Positions 1 through 12,365 of a DNA stretch of 64,000 bases are shown one piece after another. Under the pieces are notes generated by a model that saw nothing but the letters and a program-made list of their open reading frames with translations, did no database searches and had not been told where the DNA came from. Made by a program: the position numbers and the translations under genes. Position 1 is the stretch's first letter, and each line of letters starts with the position of its first letter. Source of the stretch: Felis catus (lineage: Eukaryota); NCBI RefSeq assembly GCF_018350175.1, contig NC_058368.1:225372001-225436000 (forward strand), read 5' to 3'.

Positions 1-417
1 GTATCTGCCTTCAGGACTAATGAAAGACATGGGGGAAAGTGGAAGGCAGTTTCAACACATCTGTAGCAGGTGGAACATATGAAGCAAGGTCTCCTTGAGG
101 TGGCCATATGGCAATAGCAACCAAGAGGCACAAAAGAAAACCATCTCGGTGCCACTCCATAAGGAAGCCCACCATTAGACTGTCCCTGACTGTTCCATCA
201 AGAGAAACACAAGGACGTCTTCCTGCCTTCGCAAGTTTAACGCAAAGTCGTGACATTGACATATAGCCAATTAGTGAGTCGTTGGGATGAAAACAAGCAT
301 CAGCAGATGACATCACACAAAGTGTCTATTTTGGGTAAGTTACTTACCTGCCATAGACCTTCATTTCCTCACCGGATATCACTCTCCACCAAACATATCA
401 TACAAGCCGCATACGTA

Positions 418-903
418 CAATAACCCCCCCCCTTACCTGGGGGGACACATTCCAAGCCCCCCAGTGGGTGCCTGAAACTGTGGATAGTACCAAACCCTAC
501 CCGTGCTATGTTATTTCCTATGCATACAAACCTATGATAAAGTTTAACTCACAAATGAGGCGCAGGAAGAGATTAACAACTATAATAATAAAGTCCAACA
601 ATTATAATAATACACTGTAATACAAGTTATGTAAATGAGGATTCTCTCTCTTTCTCACAAAATATCTTCTAATGTATTCAGAATTCTTCTTGCAATAATG
701 AGAGATGATAAAATACCTGCATGACGAGATGACTGAGGTGAATGACGTAGGCCCTGTCATATAGTTAGGCTACTATCGACCTTCTGAGGATACATCGGAA
801 GGAAAATCATCGGCTTCCAGACCAAGGTTGACCATGGGTAACTGAAACCGAGGAAAGCGAAATCACAAATAAGGGGGGGTGGGGGGGGTGGGGAGGACTG
901 CTG
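418..903 (-). mobile_element. MER44-type (Tigger7-derived TcMar) non-autonomous DNA transposon
   Basis: Degenerate terminal inverted repeats (caataacccccccccttac / ataagggggg...gactgctg) and internal gttgaccatgggtaactgaaaccgaggaaagcgaaa motif. Confidence 0.8.
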
Positions 904-914
904 GAGATTAGAGT

Positions 915-1458
915 CTTCTACTAGTCACATTAAAGAAAGTAAAAAGAGGTAGGTAAAATTAGTTTTAAAAACATATTCAGTTAGCCCATTATAACCAAAG
1001 TAATATTTCAGCATGTAATTAATACAAAAATATACTAATGACATTTTTCCATTCTTTTTTTTTCCCCCAAATCTTCCAGCTTCGTGTGCATTTGACAGTT
1101 TCTACACATCTCACTTAAGAATACTGCACTCTCAGGGCACCTGGGTGGTTCAGTTGCTTGAGCGGCCAACTTTGGCTCAGATCATGATCTCATGGTTCAT
1201 GAGTTCAAGGCCCACAATAGGCTTCTGGTTGCTGTCGGCGCAGAGCCTGCTTCAGATCCTCTTTCCCCCTCTCTCCTTGCCCTTCTCCCGTTCACGAGCT
1301 CTCTCAAAAATAAATAAAAATTAAAAATTAAAAAATAACATAAATGCATTAAGCACTATCAAAAATTGTAAAAACCAGCAAACAAACAAACAAAAAGAAT
1401 ACTGCAGTCTCAATAGCCATGTGACCAGTGACTGCCATATTGGACCTTGTTGGTCTAG
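915..1458 (+). mobile_element. MER33-like hAT-Charlie element interrupted by a SINE
   Basis: tagtcacattaaag...ctcaatagccatgtgaccagtgactgccatattggac; resembles the MER33 copy at 47090-47908. Confidence 0.7.
1135..1394 (+). mobile_element. Carnivore SINE with extended 3' segment
   Basis: gggcacctgggtgg head, CT-rich body, A tail; 18-bp TSD aagaatactgca(c/g)tctca at 1117-1134 and 1395-1412. Confidence 0.9.
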
Positions 1459-1491
1459 GACACACTCAGCTCTTAGAAAACCATTGATCCT

Positions 1492-1726
1492 GGGGTGCCT
1501 GGGTGGCTCCGTCGGTTAAGCATCTGATTTCGGCTCAGGTCATGATCTCCCAGTCTGTGAGTTGGAGCCCTGTGTCAGACTCTGTGCTGACAGCTCAGAG
1601 CCTGGAGCCTGCTTCCGATTCTGTGTCTCCCTGCCTCTGCCCCTCCCCTGTTCACTCTCTGTCTCTCTCTCAGTAAATAAATAAATAAATAGATAAATAA
1701 ATAAATACCAAAAAAAATTTTTTCAA
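1492..1726 (+). mobile_element. Carnivore SINE
   Basis: Typical head/body/tail; TSD agaaaaccattgatcct / agaaaaccatcaatcct. Confidence 0.93.
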
Positions 1727-2074
1727 AGAAAACCATCAATCCTAAAACAGCACTTTAGCAATGGGAACAACGGCACGGATGAAATCTACATGCCATCAGT
1801 CCATATATGAAGATTTAAACCACACCAGTAAATGATATTTTATCTTGGCATATAATAAAAGAGTGGGAATTCAAGCTTAGAGCCCAGAATGACATCTGTC
1901 AGAAGGCAGGTCCCATAAAACGCCATCAAGACAGGCTAATATCAGATCAATAAATGTAACTTTCAGGTGAAAAAATTGAGTTTGTTCTCCTTAAAGAAAG
2001 GGTTATTAGGTTTTCTTTTATTTCTTTCCTAAGCATTTTGTAATTTAACAAGAACCAGAATTTTTAAACAAAAA

Positions 2075-2725
2075 ACAAGAATGTTTACAGCAGCTTTATT
2101 CTTAACAACCAAAAACAGATATTCTGAAACAACCCAAATGTATTTCAGTGTGTGGATGGTTAAGCCACGCTAGGGAATACAACTCAGCAACGAAAAAGAA
2201 GGATCACTTGAGACATGCAACGATTTGGATAGTTCTGAAGGGAAATAGGCTGAGTGAGAAAAGTCCATGTCTAGAAAATTGCGTACTGTATGGTTCCTCA
2301 TACACATTTTCAAAAGAACAAAATAATGGACATGGAGGACAGATTAGTTGTTGCCACGGGGTAGGGGTTGATGGAGAAGTTGGGTGTGAGTACAAAGGGT
2401 GGCATGAGAAAGTCTTGTGATAAGGGCACGCTTCGACGTTTGGTCTGTACTTGTGCTAACACGAATATACATAGGTGGTAAAATTGCGTAGACCCTTATA
2501 CACACGCGCGCGCACACCCACACAATGAGTAATTGTAAAGCTGGTAAAAACTGAAGAAACCTCTCTGGGTTGTACCAATGCCAATGTCCTGATTTTGATG
2601 GTTACATAAGGTGCAACCATTGAAGGAGACTACACGAAGAGTCCATGAGATCTCCCTCTCCATTTGTGGGTTTTTTCCCCCACAACTTCCTATCCGTAAT
2701 TACTTTATTTTTTTTTTTAAAAGTA
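2075..2725 (+). mobile_element. Old L1 (L1M-class) 3' end fragment
   Basis: Degenerate ORF2 C-terminus/3'UTR motifs (gaatgtttacagcagctttatt, aacaacccaaatgt, ctgagtgagaaaag). Confidence 0.8.
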
Positions 2726-5700
2726 CATCCAACAAAAGAGAAAGAAAGATCCTTAGGAAAAGAAAGCAGCAGCCGGTTGGCAACACGAGGCCCTACAAAC
2801 AGCAGCTCCAGTAGAAAAATCCAAGAACCAGGTTCTCAGAAGCCCAGGGAAAAAGGAGAGGTGTGCCAACATCCCTTTCTTAAATCCAGAAATCGACACA
2901 AGGGAACACGGAGAGAAATCACTGGTTCTGTGCAAACCAAGCCAATTCTGATCCCAGACCCCTCTGTCTTCCAGCTACAGGCGTTTACTGCCTTCCAAAT
3001 CCACGGAGTATGTTTTATGGCCTCAAAGAGCCAAGTTGTACGCATCTCATCACATGATGATGCAGCATCGAATTTTGAAAACCCACAAGAAAGTCATGGC
3101 AGGCAGGGGCAGTTAAGAAACCCCTACAATGTGCTTGTTTTTCTGTTTTCATTAAAATTACAACAGACAATTAAATTGCTCCTTTTTAGACACTCTGTTC
3201 TTTCAGAATGTATGTTAAAACTATTCTTTTCCTAATGGTGGATAGAAACCGAATGTGAGGCTTAGAATGGGAGTAACTAAGCCTTCAAAAAAAAAAAAAT
3301 GAAAGAAAAGAAAAGGGAAAAAAAGAAAAGAAGAAGAAAACCAACGTAACCCCCGAAATTACACAAGTAACGCATTTTGCATTTTTTGATCTGTACACTT
3401 TCTACCCACAAGAGGGCTTCCTTTATTCCCAGCACTAAAAACCAGCAGAAGAGTCTTTCATTTGGACGTTACAAACATCTCACAAAGGAAAAAGAACTGA
3501 AAACCAAATGCCCCCTCTAAATACCAAGACTTGAATGACGATACAGTTTTGTAAAATGTGGAATTTATTGCAGGACTTCTGTGATATATACTTCAAAGCT
3601 CAGTTTCCTATTTTTAAATTTGGCATTCTACCTGATGGAAACGAGCCAACCACTTATAAGGCATTTTCGTGATTTCATTTCCCAGTTGGTGAATGAAGTA
3701 GGGCCAAGTGCCGTCTTTATTTTTGTTAGTTTTATTGTTAACATATAGAGCTCAGCATGTTGCTTGGGCTTGCAGTCAATGGCTCCTTATTCATTATTTA
3801 ACATAATTCTGGCATGCTAGAAAATGAATTTCCCTAAGTATACCCCCCCCCCCACTCCCTCGCCAAACTCTGCTTATAGATTTCCGTCCATTGGGTTGTA
3901 CAGCAAATGTTTGGGAAGAAAGACTCTTATTCTTCTTGAGATGTAACCCAAGGTTTTAGAACAAAAGAGGTAGGAGACCAGATTTTGGAATATTGGAAGA
4001 GGGCCCTCTGGACAGGATGTAGACTTTGCAGCATATTCTTGTTTTCAGGATTTGCTCATTTGCCCTCAGCCCTGCCTAGGGCTGCCTTCACTGCATATTT
4101 GGTGCTCCTAAAATTTAGGTCCTATTCTTCTATTATTTGACCTTTGCTGACGGTTAGTAGAGCTAGAACACAGTACCCCATGAAGCCGGAAGTTGCTATT
4201 ATTCATGGAGTCCTTGCCCCTTTTATAGAACTTTCCACATTTTATTAAAGTTTTGAAAAGCATATGCAAAAGAGACAGAGCACTTTTTTTTTTTTTTTTT
4301 TTTTTTGGTAGTCCTCAGTCCCAAGGTTTTCTGGTGAACCAACCTGAAGGAAGTTTCCATCAAATTCTTTCATTTTTTAAACTAGAAGATACAGTCGAAA
4401 CCCAAATCAATGAATATTCTCCACTTACATCTTTTTGGAGAGGAACCTGGGGTTAACTGTCCCTGCCCCCGTGTTCACTTCTTTATGAGAAATGTGCAGC
4501 ACCTGGAACTTTCTCTGTCTCTGCTCTGCCTCCCAATTATAAGAGAAAGGAAGGCATGAGGCGGAACGAGACAGAGAGTGGGGTGAGGCTTGCCTGGAGG
4601 TGCTGGTTTGTTTCCAACACTGTCCCCATCTTATCAGCTGTGAACTAAGGTGATCCCATGGGCTTCTGGGAAACATGACCACGCTTTGCTCTGGGGAAGC
4701 ATGGTCAGATTAAAACATACAATTGCTGAAAATAAAACCTGGGCAAAGGACACCCAACCAGGATTCTTGAGCTCCAGGTCTGAAGTCCTCATCAGTCATC
4801 ACATGGCTCTGGTACCTGACCTCTTTGCCATGTGGCTGCTCCGTGCTTTGTGAAATAAAGCCACCATATAAAATCTTGCCTGTATAATTTCTAAAGCTCA
4901 TCTCAGTACTAACCTCAACCTAAGACTCAGTTTATGCTAAGCACAGCCCAACAATGACTAGACCTTCTGAGAAACAGAGTCCCAAAGCCAAATTCTCTTG
5001 CCATGTGATTAAAAGGAATAGTTTGCATGAAGACTGATCCGAGAACCTCGGCTAGAATTCACAGGATGTGATTTTTTTTTTTCAGCATAAGCATATGACT
5101 AGCATAAATTTGCCAGGCAAGCCCCAGAAGGTACAAAGTTTGAGAGATGAGCCCCCAAAGAATGAACGTCTAGTGTTTGATATTTCCAAGGGAACGTTCG
5201 AGTTTCCCAACCGAGTCCAGTCCTGTATAAGTGAGAAAGGTTGGCATTTAATTTTTGGCCTGGCCTGGCCTGGCTTTCGTGGGGATTCAATGAGCATGTT
5301 TGTTTTATGTGTTCCTGTGGGTAATTTCTCAGAGCCCTGTTGAACTCTACCTCGAAAGAAAAAGCAGCAACCATTTCAGCACCGGCTGCAGGAATGCTGA
5401 ACCCTGGATGAGCCACACTTGACGCATAAAATGACATCACTGTGGGGCAGTGCTGGGATGTTGTGAGGTTGCTGTTGTTGGGGGCACGGGCCTCCCTGGC
5501 CTTGTCTTCTTGGCCAGGCCAGGCCCTGCATGGTGGGAAGCCAGGGTAGTGGGCATATCAATTAGTTTGTTCTGGACTGCTCGCTTTTCTTCCGCAAAAT
5601 CTACAAGCAGCACGGGTCCCATTGGGCCCTTCAAATAGCAGACTCTCAGCATTGGAATGTCCTCAAGGTCATCCGAGGGACCACATGCCAGGCTGGTGCA

Positions 5701-6169
5701 GGACCTCAAAATTTTCCTGGAAGGTATTTAGATGGAGAAAGTACTTTGTATTTCCTCCGAGAGCTCTCGACTTGGCAAAAGAGATGGCCGTTTTTGTTCT
5801 GAGGGGTTCTTAAACAGGCACGGAAAGGTGAAACGACCTGCCAAAGATGACAGAAAATCTGCTAGAAACTCAAGTGTTTTTACCTTTTCACGTAGTTTAT
5901 TTAAAAAATAAAGGGATCTGGTTTCTGTGCAGTACACTGTGGTTCGTCATGTTTACGAGATTTATTTTCTTACTTGATCGAGAGTTTGCCGGGGATGGGG
6001 AAGAGGAGGCTTAGGGAATTTTTAAAACTCTGCTTGAACAGTTAGGGTTATTAATTCTCATGAAGAGAAATATTTATTTAAAGAGTCGATTCATTATATT
6101 ATAACCTTGTGAATAAACAGACCAAGGGCCTGAGTATGGAGAGGAAGTACATGGAATTAGTAATGAAAA

Positions 6170-6530
6170 GAGGGGCTGACAGTTACTAAACACCTAGTGT
6201 TGAGAGGCATTATTTCATTTGGTTCATCCAGCTAAATGCTGTATCTCCGTTTCATGGATGTGGAACCTGAGGCCTGGACACAGGAAGCAAACTACTTTGA
6301 GTTCGTACAGTTAATAACATGATAGATCAAGGATCAGAACCTAAGCTAGTTCAAGGAATGACTCTTTCTTACTTCATATTCTATCATAGGAAGAAAATGG
6401 GGCTTAGACATTGGGGGCTGGGGGAAGGGGGGCTGGCCAGAGTTTTAAACCCAGTTCTGTGACTGGTTAATTGTATGGCCTTTGGACATGTCACTTGATT
6501 GATCTGGGCCTGTTTCCTCGTAGATTAAGG
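6170..6530. mobile_element. MIR fragments
   Basis: catggatgtggaacctgaggc and tttggacatgtcacttg...cctgtttcctc core-like motifs. Confidence 0.55.
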
Positions 6531-6778
6531 TGCTTAAATTCAGGCAAGGTGCAGGTTTTTGGATAAACACATTTTTATTCTGCCCACTTTGGTGATGCAA
6601 ACCAACCTACGATGTTTTAGCCGTTTCAGAGAACCTGTCCCTCCCCACCCTTCCACCACCTTCCACTCCTGTGTTTGCTGCAGGGAGAGGAGTCCATGGA
6701 GCCCTGGGATCTGGTCAGGAACAAATTAAGACCTAATGGGGAGCAAGTGTGCTTGGATAGAAATGGGCTTTATCATGC

Positions 6779-6779
6779 T

Positions 6780-6810
<31 letters not shown>

Positions 6811-7042
6811 CTCTTTCTCTCTTTTTGTAAAAATGTTTATTTGTTTATTTTGAGAGAGAGAGCGCGCATGAGTATGGCAGAGGCAGAGAGAGAGAGAGAA
6901 AGAGAAAGAAAGAGAATCCCAAGCAGGCTCCATGCTGTCAGCGCTGATCCTGATGTGGGGCTCAATCTCATAAACCGTGAGATCATGACCGGAGCTGAGA
7001 TCAAGAGTCAGAGGCTTAACCGACTGAGCCGCTCAGGCGCCC
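6779..7042 (-). mobile_element. Carnivore SINE with (TTTC)n tail
   Basis: Reverse-complement SINE ending caggcgccc. Confidence 0.92.
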
Positions 7043-7049
7043 TTTAATT

Positions 7050-7275
7050 CTTTTCTTTAAATGTTTATTTATTTTGAGAAAGAGAGAGAGAGAGTGTGTG
7101 TGTGTGTGTGTGTGCAAATGAGAGAGGGGCAGAGAGGGAGAGAGAGAGAAAATCCCAAGCAGGCTCCACACTCAGCACCAAGCTCAATTCGGGACTCCAT
7201 CTCACAACCATGATATCATGACCTGAGCCAAACTCAAGAGTCAGACGCTTAACCAACTGAGCCACCCAGGTGCCC
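7050..7275 (-). mobile_element. Carnivore SINE with (GA)n(GT)n
   Basis: Reverse-complement SINE ending cacccaggtgccc. Confidence 0.92.
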
Positions 7276-7307
7276 TTATCATACTAATCTTTAACATCGT
7301 TCACTGA

Positions 7308-7810
7308 TTAATTAATTGAGACATAATTTAAATACCATGACATGCACACATTTTTATGGTTCAATGGAACTTGACAATGACATTCACACGTGTCACCCAT
7401 CACCCAATCAAGTTTAAAAAGCCTTTCAAGACCCCAGAAAGTTCTCTTTGTCCTCCTTCTAGTCAACTGTGCCTCTTCCTTACCCAGGAAGACAACCACT
7501 GTTCTGATTTCTTTTTTTAAATTTTTTTTTTCAACGTTTATTTATTTTTGGGACAGAGAGAGACACAGCATGAACGGGGAGGGGCAGAGAGAGAGGGAGA
7601 CACAGAATCGGAAACAGTCTCCAGGCTCTGAGCCATCAGCCCAGAGCCCGACACGGGGCTCGAACTCACGGACCGCGAGATCGTGACCTGGCTGAAGTCG
7701 GACGCTTAACCGACTGCGCCACCCAGGCGCCCCTCACTGTTCTGATTTCCATCACCACGGTTACATTGTCCTGTTCTTGAACTTCATGTATGTGGAATCG
7801 CATGTGTGAA
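7308..7810 (-). mobile_element. Old L1 3' end fragment interrupted by a SINE
   Basis: attgagacataatttaaatacc...caaccactgttctgatttc...ttgaacttcatgtatgtggaatc. Confidence 0.75.
7512..7733 (-). mobile_element. Young felid-type SINE
   Basis: CpG-intact body; TSD cactgttctgatttc. Confidence 0.95.
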
Positions 7811-8079
7811 GCCATTTCCAATGCTACAGGCACATCTATGCCTCCAGGAGGTACATGGCAAATTATTTTCCTAATGACTATGGATTCAGGGGTGCCAGGT
7901 CTATCAGGTGGGAGAGCGAAGGCCAAAGCGGGGTACCAATAATTGTTCCTTATTTCCAGGAAGCTGACAAATTTTCTGAAAACAGGATCTGGTTATTTTT
8001 TTATAGGGTCTAACAAAACAATGTATCTATTATTTTCCCACTTCATAGTTATTTAATGAAGTGATACTTTTACACCCTC

Positions 8080-8400
8080 TGCATTCATTCATTCATTTAG
8101 TTATACATTCATTCATTCAATAAAAAATTTATTAGTGTCCAACCGTACGTGCCTGAGACAATCCGGGGTGGGATCAGCTACAAACGAGATGTATAGTGTG
8201 CGTCCGCTGGAGCTTGCGTTCTAGCTGGGGGACAAATGCCCCGCAGTGCAACGTAGAGGGTCCTTTGTGAAGGGTGTAGGTGCCATGAAGAAATGAACCA
8301 GGGTAATGGCGGGGAGTAGCTGCCTCACACGATACGGGGTTAGTAGGCAACTTCGAGTCATACTTGACCTCCTGCCAGTTGCAAAATGCAAGATTCACAT
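8080..8400 (-). mobile_element. L2 3' fragment
   Basis: (cattcatt)n tail followed by tttattagtgtcc-type L2 end. Confidence 0.65.
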
Positions 8401-9467
8401 TGCTCTACCGGCTTGCAGAATGAACTAGGATTTCATTACCCGTGCCTTTATTTATCCATCGCCGACTACACACCAGGCACGGTCAACACCGCGATAGTAC
8501 AAAAATAATGAGACATGGCTAGAATTTACCCAGCTCTGGAAGGTCCCTGCTTTAAAAGGGTCTGTATTATTTTCTCCATTATCGTACGCGGAAAAAACTA
8601 AATGCATCTAATCCATATTTTAATAAGTTTTCATGAGTCATGTCTCAGGCTGCTTTGAACGGGGGTCACTAGGCAGCTTTTAGCGAGGTGTAAAAAACCC
8701 CGCTCTGCTGGGCAAAGGCGAAGACTTTCTTCTTTCCTCCAACATGTCAGACACCTCCAGGGTCTCTCGGTCAGTTTACTGTCAGAGGCTTAGCAAAATA
8801 AACTGTATGCTAGAGGACTTACTTCTGGGATTTTGAGAGTTCCTCGAAAACACAGCATAAAGTGTCTCAAGCTAATAAAATCAACACTCCACCCCCAATA
8901 CTCTCTCTCTCTCTCACTGTTTCTCTCTCTCTCTCTTTCTCTCTCTCTGAAGCTTAACCACTGTAGCAACTACTGGACAAAAGGTTTCAGATGTGTTCCA
9001 CAGATGAATGAGTGTTTTATATCACGGGACAGGACAGAGCCAGAACAATTGAGTCCTCGTGGGCCAAAACTTTCCCACTAATGTGTATCAGAAATGTGCA
9101 GGCTCTGATTGCAGAAGTAAACAGGACATAATGAGTTTTCAATAAATACTGCTGAGCCAGACTCCAAGTCTGTTTGCAGAGGCTTACTTGACAGGCAGAG
9201 CCAGGCAGGGGACTTAAGGACAGAAAGGTACAGGGAGTTGAAGTTTGTGAATGGAAACAGGTACACAAGGATGGGCTGTGACCACCATGCAAAGGGCAAG
9301 GAGGTGAGACTTTTCTTATGGGAAGGACCCAAGACCCCATAACGTCTTTGTGGGAAATACCCATTTTATTATCAGAAGAATCAGGGTGTTATGGGGAGAG
9401 AGAACTGGGGAGGTTTGAAACTCATTTTTTCTGTTTAGTTTTGTTTTTAAAAAATAAAATAAAACAC

Positions 9468-9730
9468 GGGGCGCCTGGGTGGCTCAGTCAGCTAGGTGTC
9501 TGCCTTTGACTCAGGTCATGATCTCATGGTCTGTGGGTTCAGGCCCCGCATCAGGCTCTGTGCTGACAGCTCAGAGCCTGGACCCTCCTTCGGATTCTGT
9601 GTCTCCCTCTCTCTGCCCCTCCCCTGCTCATGCTTTGTCTCTATCTCTCAAGAATAAATAAACATTAAAAAAAATTTTAATTAAAAAATAAAATAAAATA
9701 AAATAAAATAAAATAAAATAAAATAAAAAA
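9468..9730 (+). mobile_element. Carnivore SINE with (AAAAT)n tail
   Basis: ggggcgcctgggtggctcagtc head. Confidence 0.93.
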
Positions 9731-9733
9731 ACA

Positions 9734-9910
9734 GGGGTCCCTGGGCGGCTCAGTCAGTTAAGCATCTAACTTTGGCTCAGGTCATAATCTCGCAGTTCGT
9801 GGGTTTGGGCCTATGCTGACAGCTCAGAGCCTGCTTGGGATTCTCTTTCTCTCTCTGCCCCTCCCTCACCCGCGCTTTCTCTCTCTCTCTCAAAATGAAT
9901 AAATAAACTT
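9734..9910 (+). mobile_element. Carnivore SINE (older, shortened)
   Basis: ggggtccctgggcggctcagtc head; directly follows the previous copy. Confidence 0.88.
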
Positions 9911-10532
9911 GAAAACAAAACAAAACAAGAAACCCGAAGTTGAGAATGGTAAAGGACCTAAAATCCCACACCCGGTCGGATCAGCATTTGACCCCAGGTC
10001 GTTTTCTAAGTCATTTTGCCCCTTCAACCAGAAGGTACAACCAAGTGGAACACATTTCGTGTCAAGACATGTTCTTAAGATGCTTGTGTTCTCATAGACC
10101 GAAGCTGGTTTGAAGAACTTCTTTCCAATTTTAGCCAGAAACAAATCAATTTTCATGTACGTTGGAACTTGTTTTCACTTAGACTGTTTTAAAAACGTGG
10201 AAGGCTGAGCAACTGAGGGAAAGAGAGAGAGGCTCTAGTCCCAGATGAAACTTGAAGACCCCTCCTCTAAAGCCTGGACAAGCGGCAGAACAGACTGACC
10301 TGGGAGCCCTTGGGCAGCCTTTCTGTTTCCCGAGTATTAACTCTCCACTAACGAGTTAATAAAGTAATCAACAAAGGGCTGACGCATTTGGAATACAGTC
10401 AAACATGTTTCCTTAACCCTTTGATGTCCTGGGTCATGTTCCCCAGAAGCAGGGCCTGAGACCAAGATACAGGTACTTGGGGTTTAGTGTGTGTGTGGGG
10501 GGGTCCTCTTTAGGAAAATGTGGAAGGGAATG

Positions 10533-10932
10533 CACATACTCGTTTGTTAAAGCTGCTGTAACCAAATACCATAGCCAGGGGTGCTTAAACAACAGAAATT
10601 TATTTTCTCACAGTTCTGGAGGCAGGAGGCCTAAGATCAAGACATTGGCAGGGTTGGGTTCTAGTGAGGCCTCTATGTTGCAGACAGCCTCCCTCTCGCC
10701 GCCCCTTCACGGGGTTGTTTCTCCATGTACGGGTTTCCCTGGGGTCTCTCTGTGTCCCAGTTTCCTCTTCTTCCTCTTCCTCTTCCAGTCAGATTGGATT
10801 AGGGCCCATTGTAACGGCCTCATTTAACTTAATTATCTCATCAAAGGCCCTAGCTCCAAATGGAGTCCCATTCTGAGGACTAGGGGTTAAGGCTTCAGTG
10901 GATAAAAATGAGAAGACAATTCAGTGCATTAG
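10533..10932 (-). mobile_element. MLT1-family (MaLR) solo LTR
   Basis: gctgctgtaaccaaatacca...aacaacagaaatttattttctcacagttctggaggc. Confidence 0.85.
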
Positions 10933-11499
10933 GGGAAGGGAGAGAAGAGGAACAAGAAAGAGGAAGGAGGGGAGACAGAAGTTGGTCTCTGGGAAAGCCT
11001 AGTCTCAGCCTGGCCCATGGGCTGAGGGGGCATTGGTACCATCCATCAAACCACGGAGTGGTCCCACTTTGAAGTGAGGGGTGTGGGTCTTTCTGTGACC
11101 ATAGAAATGTGTCTGGTGGAGAGAAGGGGGAGGGCGTGGAAGGGGGCGGTCTTCAAGCCTCTGCCTTTGCATCTCCAGGCAAGACAACTCCTGGGAACCA
11201 AGAACGCTTTTCTGGAGAGAGCCAAGCAGCTGTCAGGTTCTGTCCACTCAAGCACTCAGCAGCTGGGGGACGTTGTCCCCAGACTAAGAGGGGCCAGGCA
11301 CGGCACCAACATCACCTTCAACATAGGTCTTCAAGGGGCCCTCTGTTTAGTATGGAGACTTACCAGTCTTCCATCTTCCTTGGTTCAAGCCCACCCTTCC
11401 AGATTCGACATGGGACATGGGGGTGCTGCAGGGGGAGGGAATGGGAAGGTCTGACCTGTCCCTTCCGTCAGCACACAGCACCGCAATGGACCCAGTTTC

Positions 11500-12200
11500 C
11501 CAGGCCTGACTCCTTGACTTCCGGTCAACTGCTAAACCTAACCGCTCCACTTCTCCATTTGTTTTCAAATCCGTCTTCTCTCCATTCTTGCGGCCATTGC
11601 TCCGGTTCAGGGCACCATTATTTCTCACCCCTATCGCTAAAGAGTTTCTTCTCAGGTCTCTCTGCCTCTACCTAAACCCTAACCAATTCTCCACAGCAGC
11701 CAAATACAAGCAATTCACTTCCCTGCTCAACCCGCTAATGAGGCTCTCCCTGCACTAGAGAGAGTCCATCTTTAATGTGACTCCCACAGCCTTCCTTCCC
11801 TCTCGAGGCTGCTGCCTCCTGCCTCCAACCATCCCCCCCCCCCCCGCTCTGTTCTCAACATCACAACTACATTTCACTTCTTTTTGTCCTTGGACTTGAA
11901 ACATCCTTTCCTGGCAGACCGTTTATCCTGAGCTCCACTGACCCCTACCACCCTCCCCCACCCCCCCCACACCTGGCCATCAGACACAGTGCATGCGACA
12001 CGTTTTCCAGACAGTCTTGCCTGGCCTCCTGATTGAGCGGGTTGCCTTTGCTACATGTGCCTTTGCTCTGGCACCAACCACACTTCATTGCCACGGCCGT
12101 TTAATGGTCCAACTCCCTTCCCAGATGACCAGCCCTCGGAAGGCAGGCTGGGAACCTATCTCGTTAGACCTCGTTCCCCCAACCTTGCTCTGCTACTTTC
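11500..12200 (+). mobile_element. L2 fragments
   Basis: Pyrimidine-rich degenerate L2 motifs (caattctccacagcagcc, ttccctgctcaac). Confidence 0.5.
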
Positions 12201-12229
12201 TAGTGCGTGAAATGGGGCCACCGTAACCT

Positions 12230-12365
12230 TCACGTGGGTCTGTTTTCTTATGGGCAAACTACGAATAATACACACAATGTTCTTCATAGTCTGGAGGATT
12301 ACACGATCACCTGTGCACAGAGCAGCGTTTGGCGCGTAGTAAGCACGTGTTGGGTTGATTGATTA
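12230..12365 (+). mobile_element. MIR fragment
   Basis: tctgttttc...gaggattacacga...tggcgcgtagtaagcac. Confidence 0.6.

Noticed and set aside
332..372. Apparent strong splice donors near 335-350
   Set aside because: Matches the MIR core (ggcaagttacttaacc...tttcctc).
2645..3235. 196-aa plus-strand ORF
   Set aside because: Starts in an L1 3' end; no recognisable domain or convincing splice context.
11109..11675. 188-aa ORF
   Set aside because: GC-rich sequence running into L2 remnants; overlapping ORFs in several frames indicate a composition effect.
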